Source: Candidatus Bathyarchaeota archaeon (GTDB lineage: Archaea; Thermoproteota; Bathyarchaeia; 40CM-2-53-6; RBG-13-38-9). From it: DNA of 64,000 nt. The stretch is from contig JAGTRD010000002.1 of NCBI GenBank assembly GCA_018396915.1, forward strand, positions 48,706 to 112,705, written 5' to 3'. This document shows, in pieces, positions 49,769-60,805 of this stretch. The position numbers were made by a program, and so were the translations under genes. Under the pieces are notes generated by a model, which was not told where the DNA came from, did not search any database, and was given only the letters and a program-made list of their open reading frames with translations. The stretch's first letter is position 1. Each line of letters opens with the position of its first letter.

Positions 49769-50881
49769 TCAGGAAGCAATCGGAGTTTTGACGGTGCCGA
49801 GCTTTTCAAGCACAGAGTCTAGGACTAACTCAACATTCCTCCCCGTCAATGAACTCAAGGAACATATCTTCACATCCGGCATAAATCTTCTGAGTGTTTC
49901 ATAGGCTTCCACAACATGGCTATCGCTGACAAGGTCTACCTTATTGAGACACAGTATTTGATGGTGGGGCATCTCGATTCTCCTTGATATACTGTTTATC
50001 GAAGAAATCTTTCTAACGAGTGTCCTAAGCGATTCACTTACATCTACAAAAAGTAGAACAAGATCTGAATTTGATATTTCATCGAGAGTCGCGTAGAAGG
50101 CATCTATTATCATGGGATGCATATCCTCTATGAAACCTATGGAGTCGACGAGTATGCATTTGAAACCCCTCCAATCTATGAGCCTCGAGCAAGATGATAA
50201 TGTTGTGAAAGGCCCTAAACCAACATCCTTAGATTCTGAAGTCACCCTGTTAAAGAAGGTTGTTTTTCCACTCTGAGTATAGCCTGCCAAGGCAACTGTT
50301 GGGAAGCCTAGTTCACGCCTCCTTTCTCTGAGCTTAATCTTCATCTTCTTAACTCTACACAGCTTCATGTTAAGATTCTTTAATCTTCTTCTCGCAGCTT
50401 TCTCATACTCTTTGAATGGGTAATCTCCTGGACCGCTCCACCCAACCTGCTCACCTAATATTCCTCTCAACTTTATGAATTCCCGCCCCCAAGAGAAGGT
50501 GTATCTCAGTCTCGCCAGCTCTATCTGCAACTTGGCCTCCTCAGTCATAGCCCTTTTATTGAAAACCTCTAGAATGAGCAGGTTTCTATCTATAACTTTG
50601 ACATCACCTAATCTCCTCTGTATCTTGAAGACTTGGCTAGATGGAAGGGTGTTTGTAAATATGACCGCATCCACCCTCCTCTGATCAACCATTCTCTTAA
50701 GTTCCTCAAGTTTTCCAACACCGATACAGTGGCTATGATGAACACTGTTCCTCTTTTGCACTAGGGTTCCAACAATCTCGTAGCCTATATTCCCAGCCAT
50801 GCTTGATAATTCACCGACTCTCGAAACGTTTCTGGGTAATTTACATTCGACAATAATAGCTTTCAAAGTAGTTAACTTCAC
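49769..50881 (-). CDS. hflX: GTPase HflX
   Basis: 370 aa, GYTQSGKTTFFN G1 motif, HflX N-domain. Confidence 0.9.
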   Translation of the reverse strand: MKLTTLKAIIVECKLPRNVSRVGELSSMAGNIGYEIVGTLVQKRNSVHHSHCIGVGKLEELKRMVDQRRVDAVIFTNTLPSSQVFKIQRRLGDVKVIDRNLLILEVFNKRAMTEEAKLQIELARLRYTFSWGREFIKLRGILGEQVGWSGPGDYPFKEYEKAARRRLKNLNMKLCRVKKMKIKLRERRRELGFPTVALAGYTQSGKTTFFNRVTSESKDVGLGPFTTLSSCSRLIDWRGFKCILVDSIGFIEDMHPMIIDAFYATLDEISNSDLVLLFVDVSESLRTLVRKISSINSISRRIEMPHHQILCLNKVDLVSDSHVVEAYETLRRFMPDVKICSLSSLTGRNVELVLDSVLEKLGTVKTPIAS

Positions 50882-51049
50882 CCGGTCCCTCTATAATGAT
50901 TGCATCCTACGGTTTATAATTGTAAAAAATCCTTTTTATAATCTTACCTTGAGTCACGCAACGTCTAGTCATATCTAATTTTAATGAGCAGCTGATAGCA
51001 GTAACCCTATTAATAGGTTAGATTATCTTCAACATGACGGTGAAAGCCA

Positions 51050-52216
51050 GTGAATACATATAATGGTTCCAGACTACCACTCTATGTTTCAGCTGCAGCC
51101 CTAATAGCAATGATTGTCACGTCGACAATCATTACTAATATGTATCTTCAAGTCCAGACCAGAATAGTGGATTTGCAGTCCAGGGTTGAGAGCCTCCAGT
51201 CACAATTACAATCACTAAGTAGGGAGGGTGAAAACGGTTCTGAGGCTCATCAAGTCTTTCTTCTCATACAGGAGTCTGTTGTCCAAGTGTTAAATAAGAA
51301 AGTTGGAGTCAAAGGTTTAGAGCCTTACGCGAGTGGTTCAGGATTCGTTTACAACAAGGAAGGCCACATCATAACGAATAATCACGTCGTAGATAAGGCT
51401 GATGTTATTGAGGTTACCTTTCTTGATGGATCAACCTTCAGGGCTACACTCATAGGCGCTGATCCTTACTCTGATCTAGCTATTCTTAAGGTGGATATTG
51501 CACCCGACAGACTCAAACCCGTAATTCTAGGCGACTCATCGAAACTGCTCGTTGGGGAGACCATATACGCCGTCGGCGCCCCTTTCGGTTTGAGTTGGTC
51601 TCTGACGAAGGGAATCGTAAGCCAGATAGGCAGAACACTACCTTCTGCTGGCGGTTATCCAATTGTGGGTGTGATCCAGGTAGATGCTGCGATAAATCCT
51701 GGGAATAGCGGGGGGCCATTGCTAAACTCTGTTGGGATGGTGGTAGGTGTCAATACTGCTATTCAGACTGAGACGGGAGTCTTCTCAGGAGTTGGATTTG
51801 CAATTCCATCTAACCTAGTCAAGAGGGTATCTTCATCCCTCATCAGCACAGGCCATTACGACCATCCATGGCTCGGGGTTATAGGTACCGATGTGACTCC
51901 ATCCATTGCTGAAATAATGAATCTTAAAGAAGCAAAAGGAGTCTTAGTGATCTCTACTGTTAAGGACAGCCCCGCTGAGAAGGCTGGGGTGCGTGGTGGA
52001 GAGAGGACGGAGATAATTGAGGGGAGGAACGTAACAATCGGTGGTGACGTAATTATAGGTGTAAATGAACAGCCTGTAAGAAAATTTGAAGATTTATCTT
52101 TTTTCTTGGAGTATAATTGTAGACCAGGGGAGAAGATTCGTCTGAATATTATTCGTAATGGTACATTGATAGTATTGGAGGTTAATTTGGGTGTGCGGCC
52201 GCCGCCATCAAGATAA
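51050..52216 (+). CDS. HtrA/DegP-family serine protease with PDZ domain
   Basis: 388 aa, N-terminal TM, HV.D..D..GNSGGPL catalytic triad context. Confidence 0.9.
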   Translation: MNTYNGSRLPLYVSAAALIAMIVTSTIITNMYLQVQTRIVDLQSRVESLQSQLQSLSREGENGSEAHQVFLLIQESVVQVLNKKVGVKGLEPYASGSGFVYNKEGHIITNNHVVDKADVIEVTFLDGSTFRATLIGADPYSDLAILKVDIAPDRLKPVILGDSSKLLVGETIYAVGAPFGLSWSLTKGIVSQIGRTLPSAGGYPIVGVIQVDAAINPGNSGGPLLNSVGMVVGVNTAIQTETGVFSGVGFAIPSNLVKRVSSSLISTGHYDHPWLGVIGTDVTPSIAEIMNLKEAKGVLVISTVKDSPAEKAGVRGGERTEIIEGRNVTIGGDVIIGVNEQPVRKFEDLSFFLEYNCRPGEKIRLNIIRNGTLIVLEVNLGVRPPPSR

Positions 52217-52244
52217 TGCCTACATAGGTAACACCAACACTTTT

Positions 52245-52784
52245 CTATTTTGCTACTTGATAAGGGCTTCTAAAACTCAACCTAGGAGTCGTAACATTAA
52301 TTTTAGATGTTGAATAGTATTGATCGGTGCTTATACCTTGGCTTAAACTTAGGACTTCTGGTAGAATCTTCTCCAAAAGAATCGTAGAAGGGACCCCAAA
52401 CACTACGCCTCTACATCTAGGATCCACATATATATAATAGCTAGATTCATACCATCGAATAAGGGCCTTGTCGGCATGGCCGAAGAGGGGTTTCTTAACG
52501 ATTATAAATGGCCACTGTTTGCACGCTATTGGCTTAATCGCTTGAATACTACAAATCCACCTACCTGAGGTTTGAAATTGGAATATGCAGCGGCCGTCGT
52601 ATCTTTTAGCAAGATAGACCTTACCAACGTCTATTCTGATAAATGAGGTACCGTAATTCTTCAAGATATTTGCATATTCATCCATGCGGAGGGGTACCCT
52701 GAACCATTTGCAGCAGTCACCACAAGCCAGACATTCCCAATATTTAACTTTGCGCCATGGAATAAAGACTCTTGATGCTGCCAT
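52245..52784 (-). CDS. YkgJ-family CxxCxxCC zinc/iron-chelating domain protein
   Basis: 179 aa, CLACGDCCK motif. Confidence 0.5.
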   Translation of the reverse strand: MAASRVFIPWRKVKYWECLACGDCCKWFRVPLRMDEYANILKNYGTSFIRIDVGKVYLAKRYDGRCIFQFQTSGRWICSIQAIKPIACKQWPFIIVKKPLFGHADKALIRWYESSYYIYVDPRCRGVVFGVPSTILLEKILPEVLSLSQGISTDQYYSTSKINVTTPRLSFRSPYQVAK

Positions 52785-52792
52785 CTCAGATC

Positions 52793-53893
52793 TCAGTCTG
52801 GTCTTTCGAAAGTCTTTTCCAACTCGATGAGAAGTTCCCTCTGCCTCTTCGTAAGTCTTGTAGGAACAGTAACGTTTACTCTGACATATTCATCCCCTCT
52901 CCCATACTCATTGAATTTAGGCATGCCTTTACCTGCGATCTTGAATATTGTTCCCGACTGTGTTCCTGGGGGGATTCGGAGCTCTATCTTTCCGTTTAGG
53001 GCAGGTGCTGAAATCTTCCCGCCAAGGGCTGCTTGTGTGTAGGTTATCGGAACCTCACAGTAGAGGTCAGCTCCTCTTCTCTCGAAGATTGGATGTGGCC
53101 TAATATGGACTGTTACATAGAGGTCCCCTGGAGGGCTTCCTCTTGGACCCGCATCACCCTCTCCCCTAAGCCTCAAGGTGGCGCCGTCTTCTACTCCTGG
53201 AGGGATCCTGATGCTCAACCGACGGTCACGCTTAACATTTCCAGTCCCACCGCACGTGTTACATGGGGTTTCAACAATCTGGCCTTTTCCCCTGCACCTG
53301 TCACAGGTCGTTATCTGTGTGAACGTGAAGAAACCTGAGGCTGCTGATTGTTGCCTCCTTATCTCTCCTGCCCCTCTACATGTAGGACAGGTCTTTAGGC
53401 TTGTCCCAGGTTTGGCCCCACTACCGCCACACGTTGCGCAATCCTCAACTCTGGACATAGATATCTCCCTCTCAAGACCGGTCGCAGCTTCCTCCAAACC
53501 AATCTCTAAGTCATACTGAAGATCGTACCCCCTTTGAGGTATTCTCCAGCTTCTCCCCCCGAAGAAGTGGTCGAATATGTCGAAGCCGAATCTAAATCCT
53601 AAGTCTCTAAAAATCTCTTCGAAGTCTACGCCTCTGAATATGTCTTCAGGCCTGTATCTGTCACCTATCCCTGCACGACCATACATATCATATGTTCTTC
53701 TTTTCTCATCATCTGATAGTACGGCATATGCTTCAGATATTTCTTTGAACTTCTCTTCAGCGTCTGGTGACTTGTTCCTGTCAGGGTGATATTTGAGAGC
53801 GAGCTTTCGGTAAGCATTCTTTATCTCCTCTTTGGTAGCGTCCCTTGAGACGCCAAGTATTTCATAGTAGTCCTTCTCGGCCAAGATGGCCAC
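52793..53893 (-). CDS. dnaJ: Chaperone DnaJ
   Basis: 366 aa, J domain HPD (KYHPDRN), four CxxCxGxG repeats. Confidence 0.95.
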   Translation of the reverse strand: MAILAEKDYYEILGVSRDATKEEIKNAYRKLALKYHPDRNKSPDAEEKFKEISEAYAVLSDDEKRRTYDMYGRAGIGDRYRPEDIFRGVDFEEIFRDLGFRFGFDIFDHFFGGRSWRIPQRGYDLQYDLEIGLEEAATGLEREISMSRVEDCATCGGSGAKPGTSLKTCPTCRGAGEIRRQQSAASGFFTFTQITTCDRCRGKGQIVETPCNTCGGTGNVKRDRRLSIRIPPGVEDGATLRLRGEGDAGPRGSPPGDLYVTVHIRPHPIFERRGADLYCEVPITYTQAALGGKISAPALNGKIELRIPPGTQSGTIFKIAGKGMPKFNEYGRGDEYVRVNVTVPTRLTKRQRELLIELEKTFERPD

Positions 53894-53916
53894 CGGTGGA
53901 TAGTAGTCGCAGTATT

Positions 53917-55806
53917 CTACGGCTTCCCACTCTCATCTACGACCTTATAGTCCGCATCAACCACTTTCCCTTTTCTCTCACCTGATTCACTCTTAGACTC
54001 ACTCGTCGACTGACCTTGGGTTTGAGTTGCCTGTTGGTAAACTGATGTCCCAACTTCTTGCAAGACTCTGGATAGATCTTCGATCCTCGATTTGATGGCG
54101 GCCACATCTTTTCCAGTCAATGCTGTCCTCAAGTCGGCAGACGCCTTCTCTAGCTTCTCCCTCTGCTCTTTACTGACCTTATCTCCAAGATCCCTCAGAG
54201 TCTTCTCCACCGTATATAGTAAAGAGTCGGCCTGATTTCTAGTTTCAGCCTCCTCTCTCTTCAAGCGGTCCTGTTCAGCGAACTTCTCAGCCTCTTTGAT
54301 CATCCTCTCCTTCTCTTCCTCTGAGAGTTTGGTTGTTGCCGTTATAGTTATCTTCTGCTGGTTCCCAGTTGCAAGGTCCTTCGCTGAAACGTTGAGTATT
54401 CCATCTGCATTTATGTCAAAGGTCACCTCTATCTGTGGGACACCCCTAGGCGCTGGAGGGATCCCTGTTAGGGTGAATCTGCCCAAAGAGACATTATCAG
54501 CTGCCATCGCCCTTTCACCCTGCAAGACATGTATAGTAACGCTTGTTTGGAAGTCTGCTGCGGTGGTGAATATCTGGCTCTTCCTTGTTGGAATAGTTGT
54601 GTTCCTCTCAATTATCTTTGTAAAGACTCCACCTAAGGTTTCAACTCCTAGTGAGAGTGGTGTTACATCTAGAAGGAGTAACTCCTGAACTTCTCCAGCT
54701 ATGACTCCCGCTTGTATGGCGGCACCCATGGCGACGCATTCCATAGGGTCTATCCCTCTCTCAGCAGGCTTCCCCATATAATCCTCAACAAACTTCCTGA
54801 CTATGGGCATCCTCGTAGGGCCGCCAACCAGAATTATCTTGTCTATATCTTGAGGAGTCATCTTCGCGTCAGCAAGAGCCTGGTTTATAGGGCCTTTACA
54901 TCGTTCAATGATCGGCATAACCAGCTCCTCAAGTTTTGCCCTAGTCAATGAAATGTTAAGGTGTTTTGGACCCGAAGAGTCAGCGGCTATAAATGGAAGG
55001 TTTATTTCGGTTGTGAGTGTTGTTGAAAGCTCTATCTTAGCCTTCTCAGCCGCCTCCCTCAACCTCTGCACAGCGACCTTATCATTAGTGAGGTCTATTC
55101 CGGTAGTTTTTTTGAATTCATTGATTAAGTAATTGACTATCGCATTATCCATGTCTGTTCCACCAAGCTGTGTGTCTCCGCTTGTGGACTTGACTTCAAA
55201 TACAGGCGGCTCAGAAGGTCCTGGTCTGCCTATCTCCATTAAAGTCACGTCAAGAGTCCCTCCTCCTAGATCGAAGACCATTATCTTCAATTCTTTCTCA
55301 GCCTTGTCGAGGCCGTAGGCTAAAGAGGCTGCTGTCGGCTCATTTATTATTCTGACTACTTCTAGACCTGCTATCGTGCCAGCATCCTTCGTCGCTTGCC
55401 TCTGATTATCATTAAAGTAGGCTGGAACAGTAATGACGGCTTTGTCTACTCTCGCACCGAGGAACGCCTCGGCATCCCTCTTAATCTTCTGCAGTATGAA
55501 TGCAGAGATCTGTTGTGGAGTATACTCTTTACCAAATATCTGAACCTTATAGTCTGTGCCCATCTTTCTCTTTATGGCCATCACTGTGCCTTCGGGATTA
55601 GTAATAGCTTGTCTTCTAGCCGGTTCACCGACTAAGAGTTGCCCATCCTTTGTGAAGGCAACAACTGATGGGAATGCTTTCCCACCTACAGTTGTGCCTT
55701 CAGCGCTTGGGATCATTACTGGTCGACCGCCCTGCATGACCGCAGCTGCGGAGTTGCTGGTACCTAGGTCTATACCTATTATCTTCGATGCTTGGGAGCT
55801 GCTCAT
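53917..55806 (-). CDS. dnaK: Chaperone DnaK (Hsp70)
   Basis: 629 aa, [18 protein letters not shown]. Confidence 0.95.
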   Translation of the reverse strand: MSSSQASKIIGIDLGTSNSAAAVMQGGRPVMIPSAEGTTVGGKAFPSVVAFTKDGQLLVGEPARRQAITNPEGTVMAIKRKMGTDYKVQIFGKEYTPQQISAFILQKIKRDAEAFLGARVDKAVITVPAYFNDNQRQATKDAGTIAGLEVVRIINEPTAASLAYGLDKAEKELKIMVFDLGGGTLDVTLMEIGRPGPSEPPVFEVKSTSGDTQLGGTDMDNAIVNYLINEFKKTTGIDLTNDKVAVQRLREAAEKAKIELSTTLTTEINLPFIAADSSGPKHLNISLTRAKLEELVMPIIERCKGPINQALADAKMTPQDIDKIILVGGPTRMPIVRKFVEDYMGKPAERGIDPMECVAMGAAIQAGVIAGEVQELLLLDVTPLSLGVETLGGVFTKIIERNTTIPTRKSQIFTTAADFQTSVTIHVLQGERAMAADNVSLGRFTLTGIPPAPRGVPQIEVTFDINADGILNVSAKDLATGNQQKITITATTKLSEEEKERMIKEAEKFAEQDRLKREEAETRNQADSLLYTVEKTLRDLGDKVSKEQREKLEKASADLRTALTGKDVAAIKSRIEDLSRVLQEVGTSVYQQATQTQGQSTSESKSESGERKGKVVDADYKVVDESGKP

Positions 55807-55953
55807 TGGAACACCACCGTGAGGTAGCCAACGAATAGGTATGAAACTTAGCTATAAAGAGAAGTTGGCTTAAAGAAAAATATTTTGGAGATTTTTATTG
55901 GCGTCGCCCGTGAATTAGGGCTTCATGCAAGTAGTTCGATCTAGACTTATCTT

Positions 55954-56508
55954 TTAACTAAATTTCTTCGAGACTACGACGACGCTGGGTCTAAGAAGTT
56001 TACCTTTGAACATGTAACCTGCCCTGATCTCATTTACAATTATACCTTCAGGAACATCTTCCTTCAAAACTTGGTCGGCGGCTTCATGGATTTCAGGATT
56101 GAAAGGTTTTCCGACGGCCTCTATCCTAATCAATCCTTCACCTTCCAGAATATTCATGATTTTTTTCATGATAAGCTCAAGACCGGACCTGAGATCCTCA
56201 CAATCATGAGTTCCATGAGATAACTTGAGAGCCATCTCCATATCATCCAGTATGGTCAGGAGATTTGAAATCAAACGTTCATTAGCCCTCTTGATGATCT
56301 CATCTGTCTCCCTCCTTACTCTCTTCTGGATATTTTCTATTTCCGCTTGCATATACTTGAGTTGGTTCAAGTATCTATCAGACTTGGCCTTCTCACTTGC
56401 CAGAGCCATATTCAATCGGTCAACCTCTCTCTCGAGATCCCTATCTTCTCCCCCTTCAGTTCTAGTACCGACATCTTCACATGAATCTGTTTTAGATGTG
56501 TTCATCAT
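55954..56508 (-). CDS. grpE: Nucleotide exchange factor GrpE
   Basis: 184 aa coiled-coil N-terminus plus GrpE C-terminus; upstream of dnaK-dnaJ. Confidence 0.9.
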   Translation of the reverse strand: MMNTSKTDSCEDVGTRTEGGEDRDLEREVDRLNMALASEKAKSDRYLNQLKYMQAEIENIQKRVRRETDEIIKRANERLISNLLTILDDMEMALKLSHGTHDCEDLRSGLELIMKKIMNILEGEGLIRIEAVGKPFNPEIHEAADQVLKEDVPEGIIVNEIRAGYMFKGKLLRPSVVVVSKKFS

Positions 56509-56702
56509 AGATCTGTTCTCCTTACAATTCTAAATTTTTGGTGGGAGCCTATTTGTGTATATTGTTGATAAAATAAACTTTACAAGTAACCTGATCTTGC
56601 TCATACTTATTATCAATTTAACGGAAGTAATATTCATTGATGACGCTACCTGTTTAAAAATTATGGTCGGTCGGAGGTATCTTTCTGGTCCGGGCACCAT
56701 CA

Positions 56703-57746
56703 TTGGTAGTTGAGAAAACCCTAGGCCAAAATGCTATAAATCTTGTCAAATCACTTAACCTTTTGAACGAAAGATTGAAAGTAAAAATTTCGAATGGGAA
56801 AGTCGTTATACCATTGACGAAGGAACCTGCTGAGAGCGAGCTTGAGGCTTTCAAACTCGGACTTAAACGATTTCAACTCGCAGATCATATGTTCAAGATT
56901 AGGAAGGTGCGGCCTAGAAATCTTGTTGAGGCATTGAAAGGAAAACTTCCACAAAACATGACCAAGATTTTACCAAGATCATACAACATAATAGGTGATG
57001 TGGCAATATTGGATATTCCTAACGAACTCAGGACACATGCTAAAACAATTTCTGAAGCATTTAAAATATTGAACCCAAGGGTGAAGACTGTTCTGATGAA
57101 GGCTGGTCCAGTAAAGAACATTTTTCGTGTTAGACAATATGTTGTTCTCAACGGGGGCTCTTCTACAGTTACTCATCATGTGGAGCATGGCTTGATATTT
57201 CGACTCGACCCTTTGAAGGTGTTCTTCAATCCGAGGCTGATCCATGAAAGGCAGAGGGTTGCATCTATGGTTGGGGGCAATGAGACCATCATCGACATGT
57301 TCGCAGGAGTCGGTGCGTTTCCAATAATCATTGCAAGATCAAAGGATGTAAGGAAGATATATGGAATAGATGTCAACCCTGAAGCAATATCGTTCATGCT
57401 ACAGAATATTATTTTGAATAAACTTCGAGGTAAAATAGTAGCGGTTCTGGCTGACGCCACATCAGAATTACCTTTAGGTGGTTTAGCTGATCGTGTCATA
57501 ATGAACCTCCCTGAGAGGTCTCTTGAGTTTTTAGGTGATGCATGCAGATTTCTGAAGCCTATAGGTGGAATCATACATATCTACATATTCATAGATGAGA
57601 AAGTGAGGGAAGGATTGATCCTCCAAAAAATTCATAGCACAATATGTGAGGTGGGAAGAAAAGTTGTTTCTGTCGAGAGTTTCAGGAGGTTTAAGGAGGT
57701 TGCGCCGAAAGAGTGGCATGTCGTTGCGGACGTGAAGGTAGCTTAG
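56703..57746 (+). CDS. tRNA (guanine37-N1)-methyltransferase Trm5 / Taw2-like class I SAM MTase
   Basis: 347 aa, DMFAGVGAFP, NLPE motifs. Confidence 0.8.
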   Translation: MVVEKTLGQNAINLVKSLNLLNERLKVKISNGKVVIPLTKEPAESELEAFKLGLKRFQLADHMFKIRKVRPRNLVEALKGKLPQNMTKILPRSYNIIGDVAILDIPNELRTHAKTISEAFKILNPRVKTVLMKAGPVKNIFRVRQYVVLNGGSSTVTHHVEHGLIFRLDPLKVFFNPRLIHERQRVASMVGGNETIIDMFAGVGAFPIIIARSKDVRKIYGIDVNPEAISFMLQNIILNKLRGKIVAVLADATSELPLGGLADRVIMNLPERSLEFLGDACRFLKPIGGIIHIYIFIDEKVREGLILQKIHSTICEVGRKVVSVESFRRFKEVAPKEWHVVADVKVA

Positions 57747-58348
57747 GACTCAACAATCATAGTGATATTGACTTTCGCGTCATGATTTCTTAGATGTTCA
57801 ATGAAAACTCTGTCGAAGTCTTTCGCGGCTTTGTTGGAATTTATCATAACAGTCTTTGGGCATACATAATTACTCTTCCTAGATACTATGGCTGTCTCAT
57901 CTGTGAAAGTCAGCGATCGACTCCCTCTACCAACGGCCAACTCAATGATTCCGTCAACCTCTATTATAAATATGATTCTGGCCAATTCGCTTGATGCAAG
58001 TCTCTTGAAACTCAAGGAGAGATCAACTGCCGCTTTACTGGCTTTCACAGCAAGGATACAGTCTCCCTTAACTGTTACGAAATCGTCTTTAGTGAACTCG
58101 AAAGTAGTTTTATGATTTGCCTTAATGTTTGGATGCCCTCTGGCCTCTATCTTCTCGGTTACTCGAGCCATACTTCCATTAACCCCCTTCAGATACAGTC
58201 TCGTGGCTAGCATCTCCCAAACTTTTATTCTACCTACCTGGGGATAATGTATCTTGAGGTTACTACTTTTGGATAAGTATGAAGAGCTTAGAAGAAAGGC
58301 GGTTGAGCTTCTTGTAAAGGAAGGGATCCTTAGATCGCCAAGCGTCAT
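57743..58348 (-). CDS. DUF371-like protein
   Basis: Core about 140 aa (MARVTEKIEARGHPNIKANHKTTFEFTKDDFVTVKGDCILAV..); the N-terminal 45 aa of the ORF overlap pcm and are probably not translated. Confidence 0.45.
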   Translation of the reverse strand: MTLGDLRIPSFTRSSTAFLLSSSYLSKSSNLKIHYPQVGRIKVWEMLATRLYLKGVNGSMARVTEKIEARGHPNIKANHKTTFEFTKDDFVTVKGDCILAVKASKAAVDLSLSFKRLASSELARIIFIIEVDGIIELAVGRGSRSLTFTDETAIVSRKSNYVCPKTVMINSNKAAKDFDRVFIEHLRNHDAKVNITMIVES

Positions 58349-58949
58349 CAGAGCGATGAATATTGTTCCGAGAGAGGAATTTCTTCCGGAAGATGTGAGG
58401 TCAGAAGCATATATAGATGCTCCCCTACCTATCGGATATGGCCAGACGACTAGCGCCCTACATATGACTGCTATGTTCTGTGAGTACGCGGAGCTGGCGG
58501 TTGGAGATAAGATTCTTGAAGTCGGGGGCGGCTGTGGATATATGAGTTGCGTATATGCTGAGGTTGTTGCCCCGAGTGATCAGCCTAGAGAGTCTTGGGG
58601 CCACGTGTGGTCGGCGGAAATAATTGATGAGTTGGCGAGATTTGCAATGGAGAATGTGAAGCGGTGTGGATACGCAGACAGAGTTGATATAATATGTAGA
58701 GATGCATCTTTAGGCTTAGAAGATTATGCGCCTTACGACGCCATAATAGTTACCAGTGCGGCTCCGAGTATTCCTAAAGAACTTATAAGCCAACTTAAAC
58801 CGGGAGGATGTATACTAATACCTGTGGGGGATATTAGGTTTTATCAGAAGCTTGTTAGGGTTAGGAAACACCTCGACGGCAAGATTACTAAGGAGGACCT
58901 TGGCGGAGTTGCCTTTGTACCAATGAGGGGTAAGGCTGGATGGAAGTGA
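58254..58949 (+). CDS. pcm: Protein-L-isoaspartate O-methyltransferase
   Basis: 231 aa, ILEVGGGCGY SAM motif. Confidence 0.9.
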   Translation: MRLLLLDKYEELRRKAVELLVKEGILRSPSVIRAMNIVPREEFLPEDVRSEAYIDAPLPIGYGQTTSALHMTAMFCEYAELAVGDKILEVGGGCGYMSCVYAEVVAPSDQPRESWGHVWSAEIIDELARFAMENVKRCGYADRVDIICRDASLGLEDYAPYDAIIVTSAAPSIPKELISQLKPGGCILIPVGDIRFYQKLVRVRKHLDGKITKEDLGGVAFVPMRGKAGWK

Positions 58950-58962
58950 TCAAAAATAAAAC

Positions 58963-59460
58963 TTGGGTTACAAATTCTATCTGGAGGCTTTGCTCAAGGT
59001 GAATAGAGGCAGAGTATCTAAATCTAGTGTACTCCTCCAGTTCATATCTCGAAATCCAGGTTTAACTGCCGAAGAGATTTCTAAGATGCTAGGATGGACT
59101 CCGAGAAGCGTAAAGCTGGTTTTAAGTAAACTTGAAAAATCCGGTCGAGTAGCAATAAGATTCTTCCCAACAGTTCTACATGTTGATGAAGGGCGTTGGG
59201 AAGTCGAGAAGGAGGTTTCGAACGAGAGGGAGAAGCTTGAGAAGATTATACTTAAACTTCGGGAGAGGGATAGAGAGACTTTTGAGAAATGTGTGAAGGC
59301 AAAAATGTTGAGAGATGATAAACTGGCAACCCTATATGCTAGTCAGTGTGCTGATATAAGAAGGTTGATAAGGGCAGTAGTTGCAAGTCAGGGCGTTCTG
59401 ACAAGAATAGGGGTTGCCCTAGAGAGTCTGAGGTTGAGTTTAGGAAGAAAATTGTTGTGA
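58963..59460 (+). CDS. Winged-helix DNA-binding protein (hypothetical regulator)
   Basis: 165 aa, wHTH-like N-terminus (LTAEEISKMLGWTPRSVKLVLSKLEKSGRV) with a coiled-coil C-terminus. Confidence 0.4.
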   Translation: MGYKFYLEALLKVNRGRVSKSSVLLQFISRNPGLTAEEISKMLGWTPRSVKLVLSKLEKSGRVAIRFFPTVLHVDEGRWEVEKEVSNEREKLEKIILKLRERDRETFEKCVKAKMLRDDKLATLYASQCADIRRLIRAVVASQGVLTRIGVALESLRLSLGRKLL

Positions 59461-59467
59461 GGGATTT

Positions 59468-60505
59468 TCAAAAGAATTTTTCTAATGTGGACCTATCCCT
59501 CTCAACCCATCCTCTGAGAAGCCGATCTAGGGCGTTTCTTACTCTCCTCTCCGAGAAGTCTCTCTCCCCACATAGGAAATTTATGGTTGCTTCAATGTCT
59601 GGCTTCCGCCATTCAAGTCTATAGTCGTCTGTGACTTTGGGGTGGAGGAAGAGCTCTCTGATTTCCAATAGGTAATCCAGGCCTTCACCTGCCGGTAGGA
59701 TTTTGAGAGTACTAGCCAAGTCCCCCCTCTCCTTGATCAGTTTCAAGGCGGTCTTGGGACCTACTCCCTTGAAACCTCCAGGGTTATAGTCTGTTCCAAG
59801 AAGAATGGCCAGGTCAATGAGTTGTTCCCTTGTGACTCCTAGAATCCTCAGGATCCTATCGAGCTCTAACAATTCTAGGTCCACATCGACATATACTTCT
59901 CTACCTGGAAGTTTTCTCCTCCCTGTAATTGTAAGGTTACGTATCAACCGTGAGGCTCCGAATAGGAGGGAGTCGTAGTCTTGGCTGGCAACGGCCCAGA
60001 GGTCATTCTTGGAGACTATGTGAGCCGCTTGGGCTTCACCTTCTGAAGGTGCCTGAATCCATGGTATACCCATACTGTCTAGCAGTCTCTTCGCATCCTC
60101 GACCATCTCATCCTTCAGTTTAGAGGTCATCTGGGCATATCGCCTTGCCTCCTCTACTGCGCCACGCCTAATAGCCTCCTCATATTTTATAGTAGCCTCC
60201 TCCTTAATTCTCATCCTCCTCTTGAGTTCAACCTCCTTCACGGTAGGTGGCTCCCCATCGAATACGTAGGCAACCCGTATCCCCCTCTCCATCAAGTTCA
60301 CAGTCCTGTAGAATAGCCCGCTGAGATGGCTCGTCACCCTTCCAGACCTATCCATGAGGGGCTCACCGGCCTCTCCCCTAATGGTTGCAAGAAACTGGTA
60401 TAGGGCATTATAGCAATCAATAACAATCGATTTTCCATGGAGGTCCTCAAAACTGATCTTCTTCCTCTCCACTATCGGTCCGAGATCGACTCCCAAATGA
60501 AACAC
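59468..60505 (-). CDS. fen1: Flap endonuclease FEN-1
   Basis: 345 aa, XPG-N and XPG-I domains, C-terminal PIP-like tail. Confidence 0.95.
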   Translation of the reverse strand: MFHLGVDLGPIVERKKISFEDLHGKSIVIDCYNALYQFLATIRGEAGEPLMDRSGRVTSHLSGLFYRTVNLMERGIRVAYVFDGEPPTVKEVELKRRMRIKEEATIKYEEAIRRGAVEEARRYAQMTSKLKDEMVEDAKRLLDSMGIPWIQAPSEGEAQAAHIVSKNDLWAVASQDYDSLLFGASRLIRNLTITGRRKLPGREVYVDVDLELLELDRILRILGVTREQLIDLAILLGTDYNPGGFKGVGPKTALKLIKERGDLASTLKILPAGEGLDYLLEIRELFLHPKVTDDYRLEWRKPDIEATINFLCGERDFSERRVRNALDRLLRGWVERDRSTLEKFF

Positions 60506-60805
60506 CGAGAAGATAACGTAGGTTATGTTTTCTATGGGTGTTAAATATTATCTTTAGGGAATTTTGGGTTACACATGGGTTTAACTTTATTGTATCCTAC
60601 CTCTTGAAAACCAGCTAGATAGCCAAATATGGTGTGTCAGGTACTATCGTATCTTAGGGAGGTTCGCATGTGAATATGGTAGGGACCCTCCACACCCCCC
60701 ATAGGGGGTTGGAGATTGACGGTTAGGGGAGGAGCTTCTATGTTATGGTTGAGCTTTGTTTACTGGAAGTGATGTTTGGCCATAGTTGACAGGTGAGGGG
60801 AACGA

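Noticed and set aside
58254-58348. Head-to-head 95-nt overlap of the DUF371 ORF and pcm
   Set aside because: The first 45 aa or so of the DUF371 ORF have no counterpart in family members. An internal Met start is more likely, which removes the overlap.
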